A stretch of 64,000 nucleotides of DNA from the human T2T-CHM13v2.0 reference genome, Homo sapiens. The position numbers were made by a program, and so were the translations under genes. The stretch lies in the NCBI RefSeq assembly GCF_009914755.1, contig NC_060925.1. One strand, 5' to 3'. The notes below the pieces were generated by a model. That model saw only the letters and a list, made by a program, of their open reading frames with translations, was not told where the DNA came from and did no database searches. Within the stretch, counting starts at the first letter, position 1. Each line of letters starts with the position of its first letter. Positions 28,242 to 44,000 of this stretch are shown here, in pieces.

Positions 28242-29744
28242 TTTTAAATTAATTTTTAAAATCTTTAATTTATAAATTTATTTCTTTTACCAAAATTAGG
28301 AAGTTTTCAGTCACTATTTCTTCAAAATTTTTTTCTGCACTACACTCTGTTCTAATGCTGATCTTCCAGTAACATGAATTTAGACCTTTTGATATTGTCC
28401 CACAGATCAGTGTCAAATTAGTGTTTCAAAACATCATGGAATCCCTATGGGTCACATGACAAGGTAAAACTTTATAAACAAAATAGACCTGAATCATTCT
28501 TGATGGATTAAAAAGATTGGAACACACTGAGAGAAATGGAAAAAAATTGTATTATTGGTGGCTGTAGAATCCTGAAACCACACTGCAGGAGAAAAACTGA
28601 TGACTCCCTTCTACTTTTTTATAAACCAGACTTTTATGTAAAGGAGGTAACTCTAGATAAACATAATATATTCTAAACCATAAGGTTCAGTCATGGCAAG
28701 GATGAAGATCCTATCTAGCCCCCACAAAACTGACACAAGCAAATATTTCCTTGACATCTCATGCCTACCTTCTCTCATTATCTGCCTGTTGGCCATCCTT
28801 TATCTTGTCTGCTTCCCTGACTATGGGGCATCCAGCACATTTATTTATCTCAGGCTGCTTATGAATTTTGGGTAACAAGCTGAAAAGTATAAGCACAATT
28901 GTTAAAAATTCAATGTGATATTCTTTTCAAGAAAATTCACTTTTTAAAAAGAATAGCAATTATCATATAAAATTAATTATTAATGGAAGAATGTCATGAC
29001 TCACACTGTATAATAATTTGGAATAGCTGAAGGCTTTCTTCTCTTTCACTTACAATATGTGAGTCAGGAATTAGTGTTCCCATGTACGTAGAAGTGACCC
29101 ACTGATACTAGTAATCAAGATGCTCATTCAAAAAATGTTATATACCATGCAAAATTTTTGCATACTCAGAAGAGAATGCAATTAAATATTAAATACATGA
29201 TATTTCTTGAGAAATATTTGACTCCTAAATGAATGAAAATCTATAATAAAAAAGGCAGAAGAATAGAATGGGGGTGGAATATGTTTGTTTCAAGATAGGC
29301 ATGACATAATGAAAATATTTATTAATATCTTGTGCACTAAATTGACAGCTGATTCAGGAGAATGTAGTTCTTTGATTCCAGCTCATAAAGAAAACATTCA
29401 GTGTATATGAATGCCATTAGCTCAAAGAAATAAAACGTAGTTGTTGTTTGAAGGAAACTGCTTCTGTTTTTATTTTCCTTGACTGGTGATAAATCTTTAT
29501 TCTCAAGCATTTTATTAAGATTGTGGGATGTAAAGAAAGAACACTCATCTTCAAAGAAACCTAAGAAACCCAGGTTATTTCATCAAGTTCTGTATTGTAA
29601 ATTTGGAATTAAATTTCATTCTTAAAAATTCCTACTGAGTACTCATAATGTGACTGACAGTCATTGTAGTAGATGCTTAACATCTGCACTTCATTTGATC
29701 AATACGAGCACTCTGTGATATAAGTGTTATGATTCCTATTTCTT

Positions 29745-30030
29745 TATTTGTTTGTTTCTTTGTTTATATTTTAGAGGCAGACTCTCACTCTGTGACTCAA
29801 GCTGGAGTACTGTGGTGTGATTACAGCTCACTTCAGCCTTGAACTCCTTGGCTGAAGTAATCCTCTCACCTCAGCCTCCCAAGTAGCTGGGACTACAGGT
29901 ATGCACCACCATACCCAGCTAATTTTTGAATTTTGTTTTTACAGATGGTGTCTTACTATGTTTCCCAGGCTGGTCTCAAACTTCTGGCCTCAAGCAATCT
30001 TCCACCTCAGGCCTCAAGACTACAGGCATG
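29745..30030 (-). mobile_element. AluJ
   Basis: ctcactctgtgactcaagctggagt..cagctcacttcagccttgaactcc..gtttcccaggctggtctcaaac. Confidence 0.93.
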
Positions 30031-30086
30031 ATTAACAAATATGGAAACCCAGGTTCAGAGAAGTCGAGTGATTTGGTCAAGTTAGT

Positions 30087-30609
30087 TATGATGGCTAATA
30101 CTACTAAATGTCAACTCAATTGGATTAAAGAATGCAAGTATTGACCCTGGGTGTGTCTGTGAGGATGTTGCCAAAGGAGATTAACGTTTGAGTCACAGGG
30201 CTGGAAAAGGTAGACCCACCCTTAATCTGGGTGGGCACCATCTAATCAGCTGCTAGCACAGCCAGGATATAAAGCAGGCAGAAAAACATGAAAAGGTTAG
30301 ACTGGCTTACAGTCTACATTTTTCTCCCATGCTGGATGCTTCCTGCCCTTGAATATCAGACTCCAAGTTCTTCAGCTTTGGGACTTGGACTGGATTCTTT
30401 GCTCCTCAGCTTGCAGATGGTCTATTGTGGGACCATGTGATAGCATGAGCTAATACTACTTAACGTACTTAATATATATGTATATATATATCTATGTGTA
30501 TATATATATGTATATATATGTGTGTGTATATATATACATAGATATATATATATACATATATATATATATTCTATTAGTTCTGTCCCTCTCAAGAACCCTG
30601 ACTAATACA
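30087..30609 (+). mobile_element. ERVL solo LTR, MLT2A
   Basis: tatgatggctaatact..gggtgtgtctgtgaggatgttgccaaaggagattaac..gaaccctgactaataca; 5-bp TSD ttagt/gtagt; internal (TA)n at about 30472-30569. Confidence 0.93.
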
Positions 30610-30806
30610 GTAGTACAACTGGAAAGAAGAAGAATGACATAAACCCTGATCCTTGAGTCTGAATAATGTACTTTTTCAATTTACTTTATTAAATTCTTTC
30701 CACTATAGTTTAAGATAAAGAAAAATAAACCGAGCAGCCAAAACAAGATGGTGAAATAGAAAGCTCCACCAATCATACCCCTGTAAGGACATCTAGTAAA
30801 AATTAT

Positions 30807-32900
<2,094 letters not shown>

Positions 32901-35900
32901 GTTCATCATCATAAGAACAAAAAATCAGTTGAGCACTCAAGTGCCTGGTTTTAACTTTATGTCATTGAAAGAGGCACTGAAGAGATAGAAAAAACGGTCC
33001 TTAATCACCAACACCACCTCTCCCCAACCCCCTAGCTGTTGTGATGGGATATGGAGAGCATCTCTCGACCTGGGAGAACACAGCAATTGTAAGGCACTGA
33101 ACTCAGTGCTGTCCTATTAGAGCAGGAAGAAAAACCAGACCAAACTCAGCTGATGTCTGCCCATGGAGGTAGCATTTAAACCACCTCCAGCCAAGGGGAA
33201 TTGCCAGTCCAAGTGGTACAAACTTGAGTGCCTACAAACCTTACCACTGAGTGCTACAGCACTCTTTGTCTCCAAGTAAACTTGAAAGGCAGTCTAGGCT
33301 ATAAGGACTGCAATGCTTAGGTGAGTTTCAGTGCTGAACTAGGCCCAGAGATGGTGGACTGGGGGAGTGGAGGAATGGAACATACTAAGACACCAGTTGG
33401 GGCAGAAAAGAGAGTGCAGGCATCACCCCTCCCCTAACTCCAGGCTGCACAGCATGCAGTTCCAAAAGAGACCTTTTACTTCCTCTTCAGGAGAGGTGAG
33501 GGAAAAGTGGGGAGGACTTTGTCTTGCTTCTAGGATACCAGCTCATTTATAGCAGGATAGGGCACTGGTAAGAGTCGTGAGGCCCGTGTTTCAGGCCCTA
33601 GCTCCCAGATGACACTTCTAGACACACTCTGGGCCAGAAGGGAACCCACTGCCTTGAATGAAAGGACCCAGTCCTGCCAGTATTCATTACCTGCTAACTA
33701 AAGAGCCCCTGGACCTTGAATAACCAGCAACAATACCCAGGTACAACATCATGAGCCATGGGCGAGCCTTGTTGGCTTCAGTTGAGACTCAACACATTAC
33801 CAGCTATGGTGGCTACAGGACAAAAATCCTTCTGCTTGAGAAAAGTGGATGGAAAAGAAAAGGGGACTTTGTCTTGCACCTTAAATACTAAGACGGCCAC
33901 AGAAGGAGAGAATGGCAAGTGGGCTCTTGAGGTCTCTGATTCCAGGGTTTGACTCTTGGGTGGCATTTCTGGACCCTTTCTGGACCAGTGGGGAGCCCAC
34001 TGCCCTGAAGGGTGAGTGCTAGGCCAGGAAACATTCACCACAAGATGACTTAAGAGACCTTGGGCCTTAAGGAAACATTTGTGGTAGTCTGGCAGTACTC
34101 CTTGTGGCCTAGGGTGGCAGTGGCTATGGGGTAAGGCTACTCTGCTTTTGATAAGGGGAGGGAGGAGTGGGAAGAACTGCATCTTTTGTTTTGAGTGTCA
34201 GCTTAGCTGCAGTAAAACAGAACACCAGGTAGACTTTAAAAACCTTAGAAGTCCTTGACTCCCAGATGAAACTTCTGGATCCATCCAGAGTCTGGGGGAC
34301 TTTGCTACCCTCAAGGGAAGTACACAGGCCTGGCGGGCTTTGTCACTGGCTGATTATAGAGCCCCAGGGCCTTGAACGAACATAGGCAGTAGCCAGAAAG
34401 TGGTTACAGCCAGCCTTGGGTGAGGCCCAGTGCCATGCTGGCTTCAGGTCTGACCCAGTGCAGTCATAGTAGTGGTGGCCACAAGGGTGCTTGTGTCATT
34501 GCACCCCCAGCTTTAGGACAGAAAGAGAGATGCTGTCTGTTTGGGAGGACATAAGGGAAGAGAACAAGAGTCTTTGCATGGTAATCCAGAGAATTCTCCT
34601 GGACGTTGCCCAAGACTATCAAGGTGGTACCCCTCCAAGTCTGCAAGAATTTCAAGGTTACTGGCTTGAGGTGACCCATAAAGCAGATACTGCTTACGTA
34701 ACAATACCCAAGTCCTTTCAAATATGTGGAAAGCTTTCCCAAGAAAGATGACTACAAATAAGCCCAGACAGTAAAGTCTACAATAAATACCTAACCCTTC
34801 AATGCCCAGACACTGAAGAACATCTACTAGCATTCACACCATCTAGGAAAACATGACCTCACCAAATAAACTAAATAAGGCACCAGGGACTAGTCCTGAA
34901 GAAACACAGATATATGACCTTTCAGACAGATAATTCAAAATAGCTGTGTTGAGGAAACTCAAAAAAATTCAAGATAACACAAGGAAGGAAGTCAGAATCC
35001 TATGAGATATATTTGACAAAGAAATTGAAATAATTTAAAAGAATTAAGCAGAAATCCTGAAGCAGAAAAATGCAATGGCATATTGAAAAATGCATCAGAG
35101 TCCTTTAATAGCATAATTGATGAAGCAGAATAAAGAACTAGTGAGTTTGAAGATAGCTATTTGAAAATACACAGAGCAGACAAAAAGAAAAAAGAATAAA
35201 AAACAGTGAGGGATGCCTAGAAGATCTGGAAAATAGTCTCAAAGGGGCAAATCTAAGAGTCACTGGCTTTAAAGAGGAGGTAGAGAAAGAGATAGTGGAC
35301 AAAGTTTATTCAAAGGGATAAAAACAGAGAACTTCCCAAACCTAGAGAAAGATATAAATATCCAAGTACAAGAAGACTATAGAACACCAAGCAGATTTAA
35401 CCAAAAGCAGACTATCTGGAGACATTTTGTAATAAAACTCCCAAAGGTCAAGGATAAAGAAAGAATCCTAAAAGCAGCAAGAGAAAAAAAAATAATAACA
35501 TACAATGAAACTCCAATATATCTGGCAGCAGATTTGTCAGTGGAAACCTTACAGGCCAGGAGAAAGTGGCATGATATATTTAAAGTGCTGAAGGAAAAAA
35601 CAAAAACACAAAAAAACAAAAAAACAAAAAAAAAAAACCTTTTACCCTAGAATAGTATATCCATTGAAAATATCATTCAAACATGAAGGTGAAATAGACT
35701 TTCCCAGACAAATAAAAGCTGATGGGTTTCATTAATACCAGACCTGCCCTACAAGAAATGCTGAAGGGAGTACTTCAATCATAAAGAAAAGGACATTTAT
35801 GAGCAATAAATCATCACCTGAAGGTACAAAAATCACTGGTAATAGTAAGTACAAAGGAAAACACAGAATATTATAACACGCTGTAACTGTGAGGTGTAAA

Positions 35901-37264
35901 CTACTCTTATACTAAGGAGAAAGGCTAAATGATGAATCAATCAACAATAACTACAACAACTTTTTAAAACATTGTCACTACAATAAGATATGAGTAGAAA
36001 CAATGAAAAGTTAAAAAGTTGGGGGACAAAGTTAAGGCATAGACTTTGTATTAGTTTTCTTTTTCTTTGTTTATGCAAATAGTGTTAAGTTGTTATCTGG
36101 TTAAAATAATGGATTATAAGATAGTATTTGCAAGCTTTATTATAATCTCAAATTAAAATTCATACAATGAATACACAAAAAATAAAAAGCAAAAAACTAA
36201 ATCATATCACCAGATAAAATTATCTTCACTAGAGGAAGACAGGAAGGAAAGAAAAAAAAGGAAGAGAAGACCAGAAAACAATAACAAAATGGCAGGAGTA
36301 AGTCCATACTTATCAATAATAACATTGAATGTAAATGGACTAAACTCTCCAGTCAAGAGACAGAGACTAGCTGAATGGATGAAAAAACAAAACCCATTGA
36401 TTTGTTGCCTGTAAGAAACATACTTCACCTATAAAGATACACAGACTGAAAATAAAGGGATGGAAAAAGATATTCCATGATAATGGAAACCAAACAAAAG
36501 AGCAGGAGTCACTATACTTACATCAGACAAAATAGATTTCAAGACAAAAACTATGAGAAGAGACAAAGAAGGTCACTATATAATGATAAAGGGGTCAATT
36601 CACCAAAAGGATATAACAATTTTAAATATATACACAGTCAACATGGGGGCATCCAGATATATAAAGGAAATATTATTAGAGCTAAAGAGAAAAATAGGTC
36701 CCCACACAATAATAGCTGGAGATTTTAACACCCCACTTTCAGCATTGGACAAATCTTCCAGACAGAAAATCAACAAAGAAACATCAGACTTAATCTGTAG
36801 TGTAGACCAAATGGATCTAATAGATGTTTACATAACATTTCATCCATGCTGCAGAATACACATTCTTTTCCACAGCACGTGAATTATTCTCGAGGATAGA
36901 CCATGTGTTAGGTGAGAAAACAAGTCTTAAAATATTCAGAAAAATTGAAATAATATCGAGCATCTTCTCTGATAACAATGGAATAAAACTAGAAATTAAT
37001 AATAGGAGGAATGTTGGAAACTATACAAATACTGGAGACTAAACAATATGCTCCTGAATGACCAGTGGGTCAAGGAATAAATTAAATATGAAATTGAAAA
37101 AATTCTTGAAACACATAGTAATGGAAACACAACATACAAAAACCTATGGGATACAGAAAAAGCGGTACTAAGAAAAAAATTTATAGCTATAGCTGCCTAC
37201 CTCAAGAAAGAAAAAATACTTCAAATGAACAATCTAATGATGCGTCTTAATGAACTAGAAAACC

Positions 37265-37599
<335 letters not shown>

Positions 37600-38925
37600 T
37601 TAGTAGAAGAAAAGAAATAATAAAGATCAGAGTAGAAATAAATAAAACTGAAATGAAAAAAGCAATACAAAAGATCAAAGAAACAAAAAGCTGTTTATTG
37701 AAAAGTTAAACAAAATTGACAAACCATTAGCCAGACTAAGAAAAAAAGAGAGATGATCCAAATAAACAAAATCAGAAATGAAAAAGGAGAGATTACAACT
37801 TATACCACTGAAATTCAAAGGTTCATTAGTGGCTTCTATGAGCAACTATATGCCAAAAAATTTAAAAATCTAGAATAAATGGACAAATTCCTAGCTACAT
37901 ACAACCTACCAAGACTGAACCATTAAGCCCAAAACCTGAACAGAACAAATAGCAAGTAACAAGCTGAAAGCCATGATAAAGAGTTCCAGTAAAGAAAAGC
38001 CTGTTATCTGATTGCTTTGCTGTAGAATTCTACCAAACATTTAAAAAAGCACTAATACCAATCCTTCTCAAACTATTCCAAAAAATAGAGGAGGAAATAC
38101 TTCCAAACTCGTTCTACCAGGCCAATATTACCCTGACATGAAAACCAGACAAAGATACATTAAAAAAAAGAAAACTATAAGCCACTATATCTGATGAATA
38201 TTGATGCAAAAATTCTCAACAAAATACTAGCAAACTCAATTCAACAATACATTAGAAAGGTCATTTATCATGACCAAGTGGGATTTATCCTGGGGATGCA
38301 AAGATGGTTCAACCTAAGTGTCCATCAACAGATGAATGGATAAGAAAAATGTGGTATGTAAACAAAAAGGAGTATTATTCAGCCATAATGAAGAATGAGA
38401 TCCAGTCATTTTCAACAACATGGATGGAACTGAAGATGGTTATGTTAAGTGAAATAAGCCAGCTACAGAAAGACAAACATCACATGTTCTCACTTATGTG
38501 TGGGATCTAAACACCAAAACATTTGACCTCATGGACACAGAAAGTAGAAGGATGGTTACCAGAGACTGGGAAGGTTAGTGGGGAATATGGGGGAGGTGAA
38601 GTTTGTTAATAGTTATAAAAAAAACACAGAAAGGATAAATAAGACCTACTATTGGATAGCACAGTACAGTGGCTATAGTCACTAATAACTAAATTGTATA
38701 TTTTAAAATAACTTGAAGAGTGTAATATGCTTGAGGGGATGGACACCCCATTCTCCATGGTGTGCTTATTTCACATTGCATGCCTGTTTCAATATATCTC
38801 ATGTACCCCATAAATATATATACACCTGCTTGGACCCACAGAAATTAAAGAATAAAATATATAAAAAAAATAGACTACGTTTTTACTTACAAATTTGTAT
38901 TTTGTTGCATTACAAAAGCAAAATA

Positions 38926-39222
38926 GGCCGAGTGCGGTGGCTCACGCCTTTAATCCCAGCACTTTGGGAGGCCAAAGTGGGTGGATCACGAGGTCAGGAG
39001 TTCGAGACCAGCCTGACCAACATGGTGAAACAGTGTCTCTACTAAAAATACAAAAATTAGCTGGGTGTGGTGGCACGTGCCTATAATACCAGTTACTCAG
39101 GAGGCTGAGGCAGGAGGATTGCTTGAACCCAGGAGTCGGAGGTTGCAGTGAGCTGAGATTGTGGCAGTGCACTCCAGCCTGGGTGACAGGGTGAGACTCC
39201 ATCTCAAAAAAAAAAAAAAAAA
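38926..39222 (+). mobile_element. Alu (AluS-like)
   Basis: ggccgagtgcggtggctcacgcc.. followed by poly-A. Confidence 0.96.
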
Positions 39223-39659
39223 GTATAACAATACATGTGTTCCTAAGATTTTACACATGTACATGCACATATAAATATCTGCATGTATGCATGTACATAT
39301 GCAGAATGAAGTTGAGGGAAAAATAAAATACGTTGATGATAATAATAGCAATGAACTAAGAAATAAGATGAATTTAACTCTCTGTACCTAAAGACTAAAG
39401 AGAAAGGAAAAAGAGAGACAATTAATAAAAGTAGGCTATCTCAAATGAGAAATATGAAAATTTAGAAAAAAAAATCAAGTACAAATAAAACTTAGTCTAA
39501 AAACATTGTTGATATTAAATTTGTTAGTCAAAATTATGCAGAGTTAACATTATTATTTATAATTAGTTTCAATTAACTTTATAGTTTTAGCTTCCCAGGA
39601 CATTAAGACTTTTTGAGAATGTAATTTTTAATGCTATATAGTTGTCTAACATACAGATA

Positions 39660-40050
39660 GACTGTAATTTATTTTATTATTTTATAGCACTATTGGAAAT
39701 GTAGGATTATTTCTATTCTTAATATTACGAATTATGATTTGATTGACATGCTTATACATTTTGGTCAGAATTTTTGATCATTTCTATAGTGTACATTCTG
39801 AGAAGTAGAATACACAGACCAAAAGGTATGGATATTTTTAAGACTTCTTGGAAAATTGCTCTCTGAAAAACTTTTCTCTCTTTGTACTGACATCAACAAT
39901 ATATTAGCATGTCTATTTTAACATCCTTTGTAACAATGAGCATTAGTTTTAGATTTGATAATTTATGAGTAAACTAAGGTAATTCATTATATTTTTGTTT
40001 AATGTCTTTATCGATAAATTTGACATATTTCTTTATATAATTATTGGGTG
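39660..40050 (-). mobile_element. Very old L1ME-like 3' fragment
   Basis: ttggaaatgtaggattatttcta..attctgagaagtagaat..aaaaggtatggatatttttaag resemble an L1ME 3' end. Confidence 0.55.
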
Positions 40051-40228
40051 TCTGTGAAGAATAAAATACATATGCTTTTAAATTTCTCTGAGCAAAGCTA
40101 ATTAGCTAATTTTACCTAAATAATAATAATACCTCTAAGTAGGTACAATTACAAATTTTATACATACATATACAAACATATGTATATGTGTGTGTATGTA
40201 TGTGTGTGTGTGTGTATATACTTATATA

Positions 40229-40302
40229 TTGGTGCAAAAGTAATTGCAATTTTTGTTGTGGAAAGTAATGGCAAAAAACACAATAATTATTGCAGCAACC
40301 TA
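40229..40302. mobile_element. MADE1 (Hsmar1 mariner-derived MITE), inserted in a TA/TG simple repeat
   Basis: ttggtgcaaaagtaattgc..gaaagtaatggcaaaaaacacaataattattgcagcaaccta matches the MADE1 palindrome. Confidence 0.92.
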
Positions 40303-41071
40303 TATTTATTATGTAAATATGTAAATAAATAAATATCCATATATATGGGTTCATATAGATATGGAGATATATGTATGGAGATGTATGGGTTTAATTTAAC
40401 AAATGTATTTATTATATTAAATGTATATAAACCTAGGTGAATAGTCCTGGAATTTTCCCCTTTTAACAACTATACGTTATTCACTTTCTAATGATATTCA
40501 TTTCTAAGTGTGTTCATATTTGTACCAGTTATTTTTATAGCTATACTAGACTGTATCAAAATTTTATTCTCAAGATGAAATGCTACTTCTCATAGAGATA
40601 GAAAATATATTTTGATCAGAAAATGATGCTCATGCAAGAGATGAGACCTTTTATGTGATTTATATTGATTTAGACTGTATAAAATAAGACTATCTAGATT
40701 AAAAATAGCACATACAGGTCAGAAGCTAGTTCATTTTCCCATCTGAGTCATCTTATAATGGAGCTATTTTACTGAAGAGACATATTTAATTCTGTGCATT
40801 TTACCTTTAGAACAAGCAGAACTTTGATAGTTGAGAAAACAGTCTTAAGTATGATTAAAGGCAATAAAAACACAGTGGTAAAAGAAACAGATATGCACTT
40901 ATTAGAGAAACAAAAACATTAGGGTCCCTTAACAGTTGTCTAGAAATATATGTAAGATAACATTAATCTATTATTCTGTAAAATTTGGTGCGAATGTGTC
41001 TCTCAGTTTTTCTTTAAATTTTATGATATTTTTGATATGCAAAAGTATTAGATTACCTATTTTTAAAAAAC

Positions 41072-44000
41072 TTTTTTTAACTTTTATTAGGTTCAGAGGT
41101 ATATGTGCAGATTTGTTATATAGGTAAACTGCTTGTCACTTGGGTTTGGTATACAGATTATTTCATTACACATGTAATAAGCATAGTACCCAATAGGTAA
41201 TTTTGCTGATCCTCCCCTTCCTGCCACCCTCCACCCTCAAACAGGCCACAGTGTGTGTTGTTCCCCTCTATGTGGTGTCAATGTGATCTCATCATTTAGC
41301 GCCCTTATAAAGTGAGAGTATGTGGTATTTAGTTTTCTGTTCCTGTTTTAGATAATGGCCTCCCACTCCACCCATGTGCCTGCAAAGGACATGATCTCAC
41401 TCTTTTTTATGGCTGGCTAGTATTCCATGGTGTAAATGTACCACAGTACCACATTTTATTTTATCCAGTCTACCACTGATAGATGCTAAGGTTGATTTCA
41501 TGTCTTTGCTACTGCGAATAGTGCCACAATGAACATCTGTGTTCATGTGTCTTTATGGTAGAAAAATTTATATTCTTTTGGGTATATACCTAATAAAAGG
41601 ATTACTGGATCAAATGGCAGCTCAGTTTTAAGTTATTTGAGGAATTGCCAGACTACTTTTCACAATGGCTAAACCAATTTACAATCCCACCAGCAGTGTA
41701 CAAGCATTCCCTTTTTCTCTGTAACCTCAGCAGCATCTGGTTTTTTTTTTTTTTTTTGACTTTTTACTAATAGCCATTCTGACTAATGTGAAATGGTATC
41801 TCATTGTGGTTTTGATTTGCAATTCTCTAATAATTAGTGATGTTGAGCATTTTTTATAGGCTTGTATACACTGCATGCATATCTTCTTTTGAAAAATGTC
41901 TGTTCATGTCCTTTGCCCACTTTTTAATAGGGTTGTTTGATTTTGCTTCTAAATTTGTTTAAGTTCCTTATAGATTCTGGATATTAGATCTTTGTTGAAT
42001 GCATAATTTGCAAATATTTTCTCCTATTCTGTAGTTTGTTCACTCTGTTGATAGTTTCTTTTGCTCTGCAGAGGCTCTTTCGTTTTAATTGTATCCCATT
42101 TGTCAATTTTTTGTTTTGTTGCAATTGGTTTTGGCAACTTTGCCATTAAAGCCTTGCCAAGTCCTGTGTCAGAATGGTATTTCCTAGGTTATCTTTCAGG
42201 GTTTTTATAGCTTTTCATTTTACATTTAAGTCTTTAGTTCATCTTGAGTTGATTTTTGTATGTGGTTTAAGGTAGGGATCTAGTTTCTATCTTCTGTGTA
42301 TGAAGAGCAAGTTATTCTAGCATCATTTATTGAATAGAGAGTCCTTTTCCCATTGTTGGTTTTTGTCAGCTTTGTCAAAGATCAGATGGGTCATCAGTGT
42401 GTGGCCTTATTTCTGGGTTCCCTATGCTGTTCCATTGGCCTGTGTGTCTGGTTTTGTACCAGTACTATGCTGTATTGGTTACTGTAGCCCTGTAGCCCTG
42501 TAATATAGTTCGAAGTCAGGTAGCCTGATGCCTCCAGCTTTGTACTTTTTGCTCAGAACTTCTTTGGCTCTTCAGGCTCTTTTTTGGTTAAATATGAATT
42601 TAATTTTTTCTTCTAGTTCTGTGAAGAATGACATTGGTAGTGATATCGGAGTGGGGCAGAGAAGTGCTAGGTAGGAGAAAGGAGGGGTCCTGTTAAGGGC
42701 ACCATCTTCGGGCTTGTGCCCACTGGCCTAGGTGACGACAGGCACTCCTATTTTCATGCTCAAATGTTGCATTCTCCAAGACCACTCTGGCCCACCACAC
42801 TCCCATCCTATTCCTATAAAAACCCCGAGACCCTAGTGGGCAGACACAAGTGGCTGGACGTCGAGAGAAGCAGAGGGGTGGAAGAACACACCTGCAGAAT
42901 AACACACTGACGGACCCCAGCAGGCCATCCACTGCAGAACTATGCGGATGAAGTGGAATTCAGCTGAGGGTGGTCTGAGGAGAGTCCGGCCACTGGGAAG
43001 CCCGACTCCTGGGGAAAACCACCTTCCTACTCTGTCCCCTTCAAGCCTCCCCATTCACCTCGCCGAGAGCTACCTTCACTCAATAAAACCTTGCACTCAT
43101 TCTCCAAACCCACGTGTGATTCGATATTTTCAGTATACTAAGGCAAGAACCTGGGATACAGAAAGCCCTCTGTCCTTGCAATAAGGCAAAAGGTCTGATT
43201 GAGCTGATTAAATACAAGTCACCTGTGGATGGCTAAGCTGAAAGAGCACACTGTAAAACACACACTGGGGCTTCAGGAGCTGTAAACACTTAACCCTAGA
43301 TGCTGCCATGGGGTCGGAGCCCACGCTTCCCACGACCTGCCCATCTGCCTGCTCGCCTTAGGGGTTTTGAGCAACAGGACACTGAAGAAGTGAGCCACAA
43401 CCCCATCACATGCCCTGCGAGGGGGACAAGGGAACTTCTCCTGTTTCAGCAGTTTGATAGGAATAGCATTGAATCTGCAAATTGCTTTGAAAAGTAAGTA
43501 CATTTTAACAATATTGGTGCTTTCTATCCATGAGCATGGAATATTTTTTCATTTGCTTGTGTCATTTCTGATTTCTTTGAGCAGTGTTTTCTAATTCTCA
43601 TTGTAGTGATCTTTCACCTCCCTGGTTAGCTGTATCTGTAGGTATTTTATTCTTTTTGTGGCAATTGTGAATGAGATTGCATTCTTGATTTAGCTTTCAG
43701 CTTGGATGTTGTTGTATAGAAATGCTACTGATTTTTTGTAGATTGATTTTGTAACCTGAAACTTTGCTGAAGTTGTTTATCAGATTAAAGAGCCTTTGGG
43801 AAGAGATTATGAGGTTTTCTAGATATAGAATCATGCTGTCTTCTAACAGGGATAGTTTGACTTCCTCTCTTGCTATTTAAATGCTTTGTATTTGTTTCTC
43901 TTGCCTGATTGCTCTGGTCAGGACTTTCACTACTATGTTGACTAGGAGTGGTGAAGGAGAGCATCTTGCTCTTGTTAAGAGTTTTGGAGAGGACTGCTTC

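Larger units (their letters stand above)
29630..30670 (-). mobile_element. MIR remnant split by an AluJ and an MLT2A LTR
   Basis: cctactgagtactc..tatgattcctattt|Alu|aacaaatatggaaacccaggttcagagaagtcgagtgatttggtcaag|LTR|; MIR core is recognisable. Confidence 0.65.
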
